A DNA stretch of 64,000 nucleotides from Candidatus Omnitrophota bacterium. GTDB lineage: Bacteria; Omnitrophota; Gorgyraeia; Zapsychrales; JANLHA01. The DNA lies in the NCBI GenBank assembly GCA_040753435.1, contig JBFMEN010000062.1, positions 6,726-70,725 on the forward strand, in the 5' to 3' direction. The notes beneath the pieces were generated by a model that saw nothing but the letters and a program-made list of their open reading frames with translations, had not been told where the DNA came from and made no database searches. A program made the translations under genes and the position numbers. Of this stretch, positions 10,471-20,060 are shown one piece after another (position 1 is the first letter of the stretch; each line of letters starts with the position of its first letter).

Positions 10471-10662
10471 ATGGATGAACAGCGCCTTAAACAATTGGCC
10501 CTGGTCAGGGGGATTTGCGTGGGTTGGCTTGTGCTGATCACCGGATGCGCGATCCTCGGCCTTGCAACCGCGAATCTTTTCTGGCGGGATGCGGCCATTT
10601 TTCTTGCTGTCGTCGGTCTGACAGGCCTGACCTTTTCTCTTCAAAAGATAATTCAAAAATAA
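10471..10662 (+). CDS. Small two-TM hypothetical protein
   Basis: AAGGAG SD, two hydrophobic segments, 63 aa. Confidence 0.7.
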   Translation: MDEQRLKQLALVRGICVGWLVLITGCAILGLATANLFWRDAAIFLAVVGLTGLTFSLQKIIQK

Positions 10663-10729
10663 TGCAGAGAGAACCGTGATCGTCTCTGCCGAAACTCCCC
10701 CGGCTGGTTCCTGTCGTCACCCTGCAAAA

Positions 10730-11653
10730 TTAATGATTGATTTTTTCTGAAATCCAGTAAAGCGGGCGCTGTTTGACTTCTTTAAAGACAGTCATCAGAT
10801 ATTCGCCGAGAACGCCGATGAAGATCAACTGAAGCCCGCCGATAAAAAAGACGCCGACCAGGATGGAAGGGATGCCGGCCGGGGCTCCGTGGGCCAATTT
10901 ATCATAAATGATATAGAGAGCATACAGGACGCTTAAGGCGGCAATGAAAAATCCGAACGTTGAGCATGCGCGCAGCGGAACACTCGAGAACGAAAGCGTT
11001 CCGGTGATCGCCAGCTTAATCATTTTAATGAGACTGTATTTGGAAATCCCATTCCGGCGGGGATTTTCGCGGTACAAGATCCTGGCTTGATTAAAGCCAA
11101 TGTCCGAGACCATCCCCCGCAAAAACCGGTCGCGTTCGCGGTACTGACGCAGGCACTCAACGACCTTGCGGCTCAGCAGCCTGAAATCCGCCGCGCTGTT
11201 TACGAGATCGAGATGCGAGACGGCTCGGAGAAAACGGTAAAATAACCGGGAGGTGAGGTTTTTAAACCAGGGCATGTCCTTTTGTCTGTCCCTGACCGCG
11301 AACACGATGTCCGCGCCTTTTTCCCACGCATCCAGCATCGCCGGGATACTTTCCGGAGGATGCTGAAGATCGCTGTCCATTGTAATCACGGCCCGGCCTT
11401 CGGCATGATCAAGGCCTGCGGTCAGCGCGATCTGGTGCCCGAAATTTTTTGGAAAAAAGATCGCCTTCGCGTTTGTATGATTTTGACAAATTTCACGTAT
11501 TTTTTCCCGCGAGGAATCCGTCGACCCGTCATCGATAAACCACATTTCCCAGGTATATTTCTCCGGTATGGCGCGCCGTACCGATTCGTACAAGTCGTGA
11601 AGGTTGCCTTCTTCATTATGAACGGGGGTGACGATGGACAGATCAATTGGCAT
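10730..11653 (-). CDS. GT2 polyprenyl-phosphate glycosyltransferase (GtrB/YkcC-like)
   Basis: VTPVHNEEGN, DDGSTD, NFGHQ.AL.AG, MDSDLQHPPE, DFRLLSR, two C-terminal TMs, RPLY; start at MPIDLSIV. Confidence 0.92.
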   Translation of the reverse strand: MPIDLSIVTPVHNEEGNLHDLYESVRRAIPEKYTWEMWFIDDGSTDSSREKIREICQNHTNAKAIFFPKNFGHQIALTAGLDHAEGRAVITMDSDLQHPPESIPAMLDAWEKGADIVFAVRDRQKDMPWFKNLTSRLFYRFLRAVSHLDLVNSAADFRLLSRKVVECLRQYRERDRFLRGMVSDIGFNQARILYRENPRRNGISKYSLIKMIKLAITGTLSFSSVPLRACSTFGFFIAALSVLYALYIIYDKLAHGAPAGIPSILVGVFFIGGLQLIFIGVLGEYLMTVFKEVKQRPLYWISEKINH

Positions 11654-13142
11654 AACGGATCCTCCTGAACATGACCCAGTGGTTGCTGACAAACATCGGG
11701 GACCACATCCCGCCCAGTAGTTCAAGATTCTGGTCGCCGCTGTAAGGGTTGTAAAGATAATAAAGCGTTCCCGGATCGACGATAATCTCCCTGACATTTG
11801 AAGTAAAAATAAAGTCGGGAAAGGTCTTCCCGTAATTCATGTTCGTCAGGCGCGGAATCGCGTAGCCCGGCTCAAAGGCGTTCGTCCGCACGGTTGCGCC
11901 ATTATCAATGACTTCATGTTTAAATACCGCGTTTTTAGCCATCCAGCGCTGTAGATTCATTGTGTCGTACTGGTAAGTTTCATGGTAATTCACCGCGCTT
12001 CCGCCGATAACAGTATTCAGCAGAAGGCCGGTGATTGCAAGAATAATGAAAAGTGAAACAGGAATGGTTTTTAACCGCGGGGCAAGAATCAGCGTGATGA
12101 TCAACGCGAAGAAAAGCGCGAGCGGGGTCACGTAGTGCCCCCATGAATTCCACGGCAGGATAATTATCGCGTAACCGAAATACGCAAAAAACGCCAGGAG
12201 CCGGCCGAACAATAATCCCGGATGGGAGGGCTGCTTTGCCGAGAAAGGGAACGCGATCAGCGTCAGCGCAATCCAGGGAGAATGATTTACCAAAACTTTA
12301 TTCAGCCACACCCGGAGATTAAAATTGATCCTCGCGAAATCAGTCAGTCTGTAATCTCCCGAGTAGGTGAGATCTTTTGAGATGCCGAATTTCATAATAA
12401 GAGCGTAAACAAGCGAAAGCGCAAGGATCAAGGTTCCGAGCAGGAAGACGTTTTTAAACTTTTTGAAACCTGCCAGCGCGGCAAAAACGATCATACTGGC
12501 GCCCAGGGCGATTCCGGCGGCAACAAAGGTTTCTTTGGACAGGAACGAGAGCAGCAGGAAGGCGGACGCACAAATGATTGTCGATGTTTTCAGACCTGTG
12601 CGGGATGTCTCAAACACCGGCGCTAGTGATCGATAGAACAGCAGGAATGCCAGGCCCGAGAACAGTGAGCCAAGGATTTCTACTGTCGACAAGAAAAAAA
12701 ACGCGTCATAGAATTTATAAAAGGAAAGGGCAATCGCGATAAAAAAAGGAGCGGCATATTTTTGCCGTGAAATAACGGCCGCCAGACAGCCCCAGACGCC
12801 CAGTGTCAGTATGACTTCAAACCAGCGGAAAATCAGAAAGGCCTTGGGGCTGCTGTGAAATAACGTGTAGAAAACGGCTGCGTGCGCGTTGTAAACAGGG
12901 AAAAAACGTCCTGTCTTAAGCAGGCCCTGGATTCCGTTGACCATTTGCTGCCAGATGGTTTCGGTGGACATGATGAAGGCGTGGTCATCCATGAGTCCCC
13001 AGGCCCAAACCTTGCTGATTAATGAAGAAAGGACCAGGAACAAGGGGACGAGAGCGGGGAGCCACCAGATATTCGCGAGGGAAATATCAGGCTGTTCTTG
13101 ACGACTTTTGCCTGAGAACCAGTGTTTGATGATATTGCTCAT
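11643..13142 (-). CDS. Polytopic membrane protein, probable GT-C fold glycosyltransferase
   Basis: DD motif after first TM (GLMDDH), GRFFP, SKET, ~11 TMs and a C-terminal soluble domain; overlaps the GT2 start. Confidence 0.65.
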   Translation of the reverse strand: MSNIIKHWFSGKSRQEQPDISLANIWWLPALVPLFLVLSSLISKVWAWGLMDDHAFIMSTETIWQQMVNGIQGLLKTGRFFPVYNAHAAVFYTLFHSSPKAFLIFRWFEVILTLGVWGCLAAVISRQKYAAPFFIAIALSFYKFYDAFFFLSTVEILGSLFSGLAFLLFYRSLAPVFETSRTGLKTSTIICASAFLLLSFLSKETFVAAGIALGASMIVFAALAGFKKFKNVFLLGTLILALSLVYALIMKFGISKDLTYSGDYRLTDFARINFNLRVWLNKVLVNHSPWIALTLIAFPFSAKQPSHPGLLFGRLLAFFAYFGYAIIILPWNSWGHYVTPLALFFALIITLILAPRLKTIPVSLFIILAITGLLLNTVIGGSAVNYHETYQYDTMNLQRWMAKNAVFKHEVIDNGATVRTNAFEPGYAIPRLTNMNYGKTFPDFIFTSNVREIIVDPGTLYYLYNPYSGDQNLELLGGMWSPMFVSNHWVMFRRIRYAN

Positions 13143-13312
13143 GGAATGTTTTTATTATAAATAAATTTATTTTGAGGGCAAGAGAAATAGTGCTTTCGAA
13201 TGTCAGGGCAAAAATACCCCCGACATTTCTTTAATAAAAAAACTTTTATATAACCTGTTTTTTCTATACAATATCACATATTCCATTAACAGCCGCAACC
13301 ATATTTATAAAG

Positions 13313-15337
13313 ATGAAAATCAAGAATGTTCTTATTTCGTTCCTGGGATTATCGCTGATCGGGGCGCTGGCCTACCGGGTGAATATGCACGCCGGTTTCG
13401 TTTTTGACGACTATAAAGTGATCATCTTAAACCCGGCGATCAGGCACTTGACCGATATTGTTTCCATTTGGAAACATGACCCCACGCGTTTCCTGCCCGC
13501 TCTGACCTTCGCCCTGAATTACCGGATTGCGGGGTTTGAGGTGTTTTCCTATCATCTTTTTAATTTGATTCTTCACGTTCTGGGAGGATTTTGCGTCTAT
13601 TGGCTGGTCGTCTTGCTGATGAAGGCCCCGGCCCTTAAACTGGAGGACCGTGAAGACAGCCAAATCTGGCCTTTCCTGGCCGCATTGATTTTTATTATCC
13701 ATCCGGTTCAGACCAGCACGGTTTCTTATATCGTGCAGCGTTCGACGATCATGGCGGGCATTTTTTATCTTCTGGCCATGATCGGTTATTTGAAATGGAG
13801 ACTTTATCCGGGAAGATTATCATTTTATTCTGGATTTGCCGCGGCCCTTGCCAGTTCCTTTTGCAAGCCGTCGGTAATTACGTTGCCGCTGGCGCTTGTT
13901 CTGCTCGAAGTTTTCTTTTTGAAAGGTGTGGAAAAAAAACGAAAGACCGGTTGGGGAATCGCTGCATTTCTGGCAGCCGTCATGATCGTGCCCGGGCTGC
14001 TGGCTTTGTTAAAAGAGATCAGTCCTTCGATCGGGACCTTTGTATCTATCACCCGTCAGACGCCTTTTGTTTCCCGCTGGGGATACCTGACCACGCAATT
14101 CAACGTCCTGGTTTATTACATCGGCCTGTTGTTTTTTCCGATCAGCCAAAATCTGGATTATGGATTTCCGTTTACCAAAGGGCTTCTGGCCTGGCCGACC
14201 TTTTTTTCTTTCGCGGTCTTGTGGTATCTCCTTTACATGGCATACCGTTGTCGCCGGGGAAGGATGTTCAGTTTTGTCGTTCTGTGGTTTTTCGTGACAC
14301 TGCTGCCGGAATCAAGTATTTTCCCGCTTGAGGACGCGCTGTTCGAACACCGCCTGTATCTGCCCCTGGCCGGTTTCGCGCTTGCATTGTCTTATGCCGT
14401 TGTTTTTAAAATTTCATGGAAACCTGCGAGGCTCAGCGCTTCTATGGCGTTGACGTTATTCCTGGCGTTTCTGACAGTCAGCAGGAATACTGTATGGTCT
14501 GATCCCGAGGCCCTGATGAAGGATAATATTGCCAAGTCGCCGCATCATTTGCGCCCCCGGTTTAATTTGAGCAGCCATTACATTAGGGAAGGGAATTTAG
14601 ACAAAGCCCGGAAGGTTATTGAAGAGGCCGCGGCCATCGCTCCGTGGCATCCGGACAATTATTTTAAGATTGCTTATATTTACGAGCTGCAGGGGCAGTC
14701 TGAATTGGCCATGATTTATTACCGGAAAGCGATTGATCTGGATCCTGAGCATGCCAGGGGGGAGTATTATTTAAGGCTGGCTCAGTTTAATATCGGCCGG
14801 CAACGCTGGGACAAGGCCGAGCCGCTTCTGGAGGAAGCGCTTAAACGCAGCCCCAAATCAGACGTGATTCACACGGAGATGGGCAATATCAATAATCTGC
14901 AGGGTGACAGCAAAAGGGCCTTTGAACATTACCAGGAGGCCGTCGAGCTAAACCCCTACAATGAAAACGCGCTGAACGGGTTGGCCACAATTTACGTACT
15001 CAGGGGCGATTATGATCAAGGGGTCGAAATTTATGAACGATTGATCCGGCTGGCGCCTGGGATGGAACTGGCGTATGTTAATCTGGCCAAGGTGTATTTT
15101 TTGAAAAAGGATTGGGAAAAATCAAAAGAGATATTTAACAAGGCGCTTAAGATCGGAGTTGATGATCCCGAGATCCTTGTACGTCTTGCCCAGATTAATA
15201 TCAATCTCAAGAATTATTTTGAAGCCCAGGACCAGATGGCCACGGCGATCAGGACATACCGGAAGCGCGGTCTCAATGAGGTCGCGGACCAGCTTCAGCA
15301 GCAGTATTTTGCAAAGGGACTTCCGCCGGAGAGCTAA
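13313..15337 (+). CDS. TMTC-like (GT-C + TPR repeats) putative protein glycosyltransferase
   Basis: FVFDD..I..NP.I, HPVQT..V.YIVQRS, EHRLYLP, RN.VW motifs, then ~7 TPR repeats. Confidence 0.85.
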   Translation: MKIKNVLISFLGLSLIGALAYRVNMHAGFVFDDYKVIILNPAIRHLTDIVSIWKHDPTRFLPALTFALNYRIAGFEVFSYHLFNLILHVLGGFCVYWLVVLLMKAPALKLEDREDSQIWPFLAALIFIIHPVQTSTVSYIVQRSTIMAGIFYLLAMIGYLKWRLYPGRLSFYSGFAAALASSFCKPSVITLPLALVLLEVFFLKGVEKKRKTGWGIAAFLAAVMIVPGLLALLKEISPSIGTFVSITRQTPFVSRWGYLTTQFNVLVYYIGLLFFPISQNLDYGFPFTKGLLAWPTFFSFAVLWYLLYMAYRCRRGRMFSFVVLWFFVTLLPESSIFPLEDALFEHRLYLPLAGFALALSYAVVFKISWKPARLSASMALTLFLAFLTVSRNTVWSDPEALMKDNIAKSPHHLRPRFNLSSHYIREGNLDKARKVIEEAAAIAPWHPDNYFKIAYIYELQGQSELAMIYYRKAIDLDPEHARGEYYLRLAQFNIGRQRWDKAEPLLEEALKRSPKSDVIHTEMGNINNLQGDSKRAFEHYQEAVELNPYNENALNGLATIYVLRGDYDQGVEIYERLIRLAPGMELAYVNLAKVYFLKKDWEKSKEIFNKALKIGVDDPEILVRLAQININLKNYFEAQDQMATAIRTYRKRGLNEVADQLQQQYFAKGLPPES

Positions 15338-15355
15338 TAACTGGCAGCGTGCATC

Positions 15356-16003
15356 TCATCCGCCCAGCGTCACATCCTGCGTGTTATACCATTCCAATGC
15401 CTTAAAAAAGTGGTCCGGTTTGAAATCCGGCCAGTAATCATCGATGACGTAAATGTCCGAGTAAACCGTTTGAACCGGAAGGAATCCGCTCAAACGCCGT
15501 CGTCCTCCCCAGCGTATGATGAGCTCAATGCGCGAAATGTCCGCCGAATTTAAATGTTTGCCGATATTGCGGCTGGTAATTTTGCGCTCCGGCTTGTTAA
15601 GGTTTGCCAGGTCCCATTGCCAGCCGTAGTTCACAAGGAAGTTCACCTTGATCCCGCCATTACCGAAATGGATTCTTTTCGTGAAAGGAAGAAGCTGCCT
15701 GGGAAATTTCGGGGAACTGGTGTCTCCGATGACCAGGAGCGAGGCGTTATCGTGTGACAACAGTTCAACGGCCTTGACGCAGGCTTTTGTAAAGGCCGTT
15801 GTCTGCTCCGAAGAGCGTTTTGTGTTGTCAACGGTGAACCCGTAAAAGGTCATTTCCCTGATGCCGGTTTCCTTGCATAATTTGAAGAGCTGAAGGCCGG
15901 GCATGAGACCGTTTTCGTAGCCGTCTTCTTTCGGGGATCCGCGCCGCTCTGCCCAGCGCCGGTTTCCGTCAGGGATAATGCCTATGTGCCCGGGAATTCT
16001 CAT
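15356..16003 (-). CDS. cis-prenyltransferase (undecaprenyl-diphosphate synthase family), short atypical form
   Basis: HIGIIPDGNRRWA, YGFT.DN.KR, IRWGG..RLSGFLP.Q..Y, WPDF. Confidence 0.88.
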   Translation of the reverse strand: MRIPGHIGIIPDGNRRWAERRGSPKEDGYENGLMPGLQLFKLCKETGIREMTFYGFTVDNTKRSSEQTTAFTKACVKAVELLSHDNASLLVIGDTSSPKFPRQLLPFTKRIHFGNGGIKVNFLVNYGWQWDLANLNKPERKITSRNIGKHLNSADISRIELIIRWGGRRRLSGFLPVQTVYSDIYVIDDYWPDFKPDHFFKALEWYNTQDVTLGG

Positions 16004-16122
16004 ATTTCATAAACTCCTTACTGGCCTTATTTTATTGAAGTCCCCGCCAAAAACAAATTCTGGATTCCGCGATTTTCCTGACTAATTCCACTTTTTCAGA
16101 TTGAAAAGATTTTTCGGGCCAA

Positions 16123-18138
16123 TTAACCCTGCGGTTCCGGCAGTCCGCCCGGCTGGTTAAATAACATAAGATGCACTGCGTAGTTCATGGCCCCGTCTTG
16201 ATGCACGTTCTGATTTATAGAGACCAAATCTTTGATTGAAAAAAATCCGTGCGTGCGGTTAAGGGTGATGAGAGGCGTTCCTTTTCCGGAAATGATGACG
16301 CGGTTTCCTTTCAGCGCGATTTCGGGCTTTTCATTATAAAGAAGAACCGGACACAGGTCTTCGACAGCGGGAAGCCAGGTTTTCCCGTCGGAATAGTCCA
16401 CTGGAACAACGTGGCGCAGGCGCGGGTTTAAGGGGTTCAGAATCATCTTGAGCCCGGGGCTGATGATGATTTCATTATCCTTTCCGTTGTCGAAAAAACT
16501 TTCCGCGTGGAGGATCAGAAAGTAATTAAACGCCGGCATGGCCATGGGCAGAATAAATCCTGAAGCGATCGAAACCGCCGAGCCGATTATGAGCAGCATG
16601 GCCATCAGCATTTCGATGTTCAGGGTTGCAATCCCGAAGCCAAGCAGGAAACCTGCGGTACTAACGACAAAGGTGAAAAAATCACTGACCCCTTCCACAA
16701 GGTTGCTGTACCGCGAAAGACCGGTTTTGACAGCCTGTTCGCCGGTGATGACCTCGGCCGTCGCCAGTTCCTTCCAGTAAAGTTCCCCGTAAATGGAAAC
16801 CGCGTTGTCCATGAGCCACCATAACAGGAAGAAAATAAGGTACTGCATCGGCGTCAAACGGGGAAAAAATCTCAGCAGGGGAAGATGAAGAAACGTTTTT
16901 TCCGGGATCAGCAGGACAAAAAGAAAAACCATGATAATGTTGAGGACCGCGAAGTACCGGAAAAACCGGATGAGATTATTGTTGGCATCGTAATTCTGGA
17001 GGCGTTTTTGCCACAGGCTTCCGGAATCCTTTTGGCTGATCCGGGTATCCGCCCGCCGGTAAAAAACGACATCACGGTTCACTTCTTCCGCGATCTTCAG
17101 CCGGATGAGAGGAAGGACGTAGCGCTCCAGGACATAGGTGATGAAATAAAAAATACTGATGACAACGAAACCGGCGATCGTGATCTGCCCGGCGTAGGCG
17201 ACGATCGCGACAAAGAACACGCCCAGCAGCATCTGGCTGAAATAGGCGTAGAATAGCCAGAAACCTTCGCCGGTGCGGTAGAGAGGGCTGAAGTTAAGCG
17301 CGCGGAACCAGTACTTCACCCCGGAAGTGATGCTCAGGCGTTCCGTGACATACAAGGCGTAATAAGGCCCCTGGAAGGACAGCCCGGAATCGCCAAGCGT
17401 GCGGATCTTTCTCCAGACCCCGGCTTTTTTCAAGTCTGATTTAAATTGTGAACGCTCTTCCGAGGTTATGTGTTCCTGATTAAAGCTCGGAAGGGAAAGG
17501 CCGGTTTTGTAGGAAAGGGTCGTGTGGAACTGGTCCTGATAATGTTTGCCGGAAGAGTCCTTGGTGAAGATAAAAACAATCCTTTCCACCTCCAGGCCGA
17601 ATTCTTTGAAGACTTTGTAATAAATGAAACGCTCCGGCAGCCGCAGGGAAGGGCTCGTGGGATGTTTGATAAGGATCACGTATAATGTGTCACCCAATTT
17701 CAGCAGTTCCGCCATGGCATCGGCCTTGGGCCGTCCGTTTTTTAAACTGAATGAATGGAACAGGTAGAGAGGGGAAGAGTACTCCCCCTTGTCGTGTTCG
17801 GAAATATAGGCCTGCAAGACAGGGTTGATATCGATGATTTTTGAAATATCTTCGTGCTGGGAATCTGCCGGCCGGACGCGGGTAAAATGGCTGTATTCGC
17901 GTTGAAGTTTCTTGGAAAAATCAGGTATGGCCAGGTTTTTAAAGCCGTCGGTTTTGCGGCTTTGGCGCCATTTCAGAATAACGGCGAGAATGACCGCCGT
18001 GAGAGCCAGACCGGCGATGATGGAGGCAATCCCGCCGAGTTTGAGGAAATCCTGGCTGTTTTCAGAGGAAATAATGTTAAGAAGGCTTGAATTGCCGGAA
18101 AAAAAGGAAAAGAAATTTTCGATGATATTGTCGAACAT
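16123..18138 (-). CDS. Hypothetical multi-pass membrane protein
   Basis: Long ORF: N-terminal TM, ~230-aa soluble region, 6-7 TMs, C-terminal soluble tail; start at MFDNII is uncertain; TGnTATAAT upstream (18188-18196). Confidence 0.7.
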   Translation of the reverse strand: MFDNIIENFFSFFSGNSSLLNIISSENSQDFLKLGGIASIIAGLALTAVILAVILKWRQSRKTDGFKNLAIPDFSKKLQREYSHFTRVRPADSQHEDISKIIDINPVLQAYISEHDKGEYSSPLYLFHSFSLKNGRPKADAMAELLKLGDTLYVILIKHPTSPSLRLPERFIYYKVFKEFGLEVERIVFIFTKDSSGKHYQDQFHTTLSYKTGLSLPSFNQEHITSEERSQFKSDLKKAGVWRKIRTLGDSGLSFQGPYYALYVTERLSITSGVKYWFRALNFSPLYRTGEGFWLFYAYFSQMLLGVFFVAIVAYAGQITIAGFVVISIFYFITYVLERYVLPLIRLKIAEEVNRDVVFYRRADTRISQKDSGSLWQKRLQNYDANNNLIRFFRYFAVLNIIMVFLFVLLIPEKTFLHLPLLRFFPRLTPMQYLIFFLLWWLMDNAVSIYGELYWKELATAEVITGEQAVKTGLSRYSNLVEGVSDFFTFVVSTAGFLLGFGIATLNIEMLMAMLLIIGSAVSIASGFILPMAMPAFNYFLILHAESFFDNGKDNEIIISPGLKMILNPLNPRLRHVVPVDYSDGKTWLPAVEDLCPVLLYNEKPEIALKGNRVIISGKGTPLITLNRTHGFFSIKDLVSINQNVHQDGAMNYAVHLMLFNQPGGLPEPQG

Positions 18139-18260
18139 AAATGTTTTCTTGCCCGCTAAAAAGTGTTTTCCGCTTTCGGGGAGGCCTATTATAACAGAAA
18201 AACCGGCCGGGGGAAACAAAGCCAGGCGAAAGCGCCGCGTGTTTTTGTCCGGAAAAATGC

Positions 18261-18299
18261 GGATCAGACCTGACATGGACAGGTCTGATTCCTTTTTTT
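18261..18299. promoter_or_regulatory. 10-bp perfect inverted repeat in divergent intergenic region (operator or terminator-like)
   Basis: ATCAGACCTG-N7-CAGGTCTGAT followed by TCCTTTTTTT. Confidence 0.45.
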
Positions 18300-18433
18300 C
18301 CTGTTTTCATTTTCGTTTTTCGCTGGTATTGTAATGTTAATCATTTTAAAAGACACGCTGTCCGCGGGTGATGGCAGGTACGCTGGAGACGAATCGCCTC
18401 GATCCCGCGCAAATCTAAAAGGAGGGGATTATT

Positions 18434-18991
18434 ATGTGGATTGTCCTTGGTATCGCCGCAATTATTTTTATTTCCGCAGTCTCGATGTACAACTCGCTCA
18501 TCGGTAAGCGCAATCAGGTGCAGAATATTTTCGCCGGTATCGATGCTGTTCTCAAAAAACGTTACGACCTTGTGCCCAACCTTGTGGCCGCCGTCAAGAA
18601 TTACATGCAGCATGAGGCCGGAGTTCTGACCGGGATCACCGGGCTCCGTGCCAAAGCGGTTTCCGGCGGACTTTCCGACAATGAAAAGGTCGAGCTGGAC
18701 AATAAACTGACCAAAGCCATCGGCGGCATTATGGTTGCGGTCGAAAATTATCCGGACCTTAAGGCCAGCGAAAATTTTCTTCAGCTTCAGCGCTCGCTGA
18801 ACGAGATCGAGGAACAGCTTTCTGCCGCCCGCCGCGCCTACAACGCCGCGGTCACTGATTACAATAACGCCGTCGAAATGTTTCCCACCAATATTTTTGC
18901 CTCCGGGATGAACTTCAAACTCAAGCAGGTGTTTGAGATCGCCGAACAGGAGCGCCAGAATGTGGATGTGGCCGGGCTTTTTAAATCGTAG
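18434..18991 (+). CDS. lemA: LemA family protein
   Basis: YN.L..RN.V, KRYDLVPNLV, ENYPDLKA..NF..LQ, ARRAYN..V..YN, FP.NIFA. Confidence 0.95.
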   Translation: MWIVLGIAAIIFISAVSMYNSLIGKRNQVQNIFAGIDAVLKKRYDLVPNLVAAVKNYMQHEAGVLTGITGLRAKAVSGGLSDNEKVELDNKLTKAIGGIMVAVENYPDLKASENFLQLQRSLNEIEEQLSAARRAYNAAVTDYNNAVEMFPTNIFASGMNFKLKQVFEIAEQERQNVDVAGLFKS

Positions 18992-19004
18992 CAGGGGATG
19001 ATCA

Positions 19005-19973
19005 ATGAAAACCCGCGAAGATTTGAAAAGTTTTTTTGATGTTGTCCTGTCGCCAGGCCTCAAGGAACTGGAAAAGAAACGCTTAAAAGTTTTGAACTCG
19101 GTTATTCTGGTTGAGGCGGGGGTATTGGCCGTCACGTTGCTTGTCGCCGGGCTTGTTTACAATTCCGGCGGAGGCGAGCCGCTGCTCTCTGTTCTCTTCA
19201 TCGGGGTACTAGTCATGGCCGGTTTGTTCGCTGTGCTCACGCACAGTTTTCGTTCTCCGTTTAAAGAAACTGTGATCAGGCCTCTGGTCCGTTTTTTCGA
19301 TGAAAGCCTGAGTTATACCCCGGATGGTTGTATTTCCTGTGACCTTTACACCTGTTCGAAATTGTTCCTGCATCATGTCGATGAATACCGCGGCGACGAC
19401 CTGGTCGAGGGTATGATCGGAAAGACCCGGGTCAAGTTCTCTGAACTTCATACGCAGTACAAGGTCGAGACGAGGGATAGTAAAGGCCGCAGACAGACCC
19501 AATGGCATACGATCTTTAAAGGGCTTTTTTTCATTGCCGACTTTAACAAGAATTTCAGCGGCCGGACCGTGGTCCTTCCGGATCAGGCCGAAAGGTGTCT
19601 CGGCGGGTTCGGAAAATTCCTGCAGTCAAAAAATGTGTCGCGGGATCCTTTGGTCAGTATGGACGACCCCGGGTTTGAAAAGGAATTTGTCGTTTACGGA
19701 ACCGATCAGATAGAGGCGCGGTACATTTTGACATCGAGTCTGATGAGCCGCGTTATGAATTTCCGGCGCAAAACCGGAAGGAATCTGTACCTGTCGTTTA
19801 TCGATTCGGCGATTTTTATCGCGATCCCGTACGCGAAAAATTTGTTTGAACCCAATATCTTCCGGACCCTGCTGGACTTTAAACCGGTCGAAGAATATTT
19901 TAATGATTTGAATACGGCATTGAGCATCGTCGAGGAACTGAACCTGAATACGCGGATCTGGAGCAAAGTATAA
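19005..19973 (+). CDS. DUF3137-family membrane protein (LemA-associated)
   Basis: Two N-terminal TMs, TIFKGLFF.ADFNK.F.G.T, FEKEF.VYGTDQIEARYILT, C-terminal LNLNTRIWSK. Confidence 0.85.
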   Translation: MKTREDLKSFFDVVLSPGLKELEKKRLKVLNSVILVEAGVLAVTLLVAGLVYNSGGGEPLLSVLFIGVLVMAGLFAVLTHSFRSPFKETVIRPLVRFFDESLSYTPDGCISCDLYTCSKLFLHHVDEYRGDDLVEGMIGKTRVKFSELHTQYKVETRDSKGRRQTQWHTIFKGLFFIADFNKNFSGRTVVLPDQAERCLGGFGKFLQSKNVSRDPLVSMDDPGFEKEFVVYGTDQIEARYILTSSLMSRVMNFRRKTGRNLYLSFIDSAIFIAIPYAKNLFEPNIFRTLLDFKPVEEYFNDLNTALSIVEELNLNTRIWSKV

Positions 19974-20060
19974 AGGAAAGCCGGACTGCGATTAATCTGA
20001 TACCGGCCGTTTCGAAATTTGGCATTTGAGGTATGGGCGGCGACTGCCCCGATTCCCCTG

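Noticed and set aside
18350-18433. Possible riboswitch in the lemA leader (CGCGGG/CCCGCG stem)
   Set aside because: No match to c-di-GMP, fluoride or other aptamer cores I can recognise; one short stem is insufficient
7138-19135. Long antisense ORFs (7138..7821, 8289..9104, 18341..19135 and similar)
   Set aside because: Shadow frames opposite well-conserved genes (metK, ahcY, lemA) with no motifs or SD
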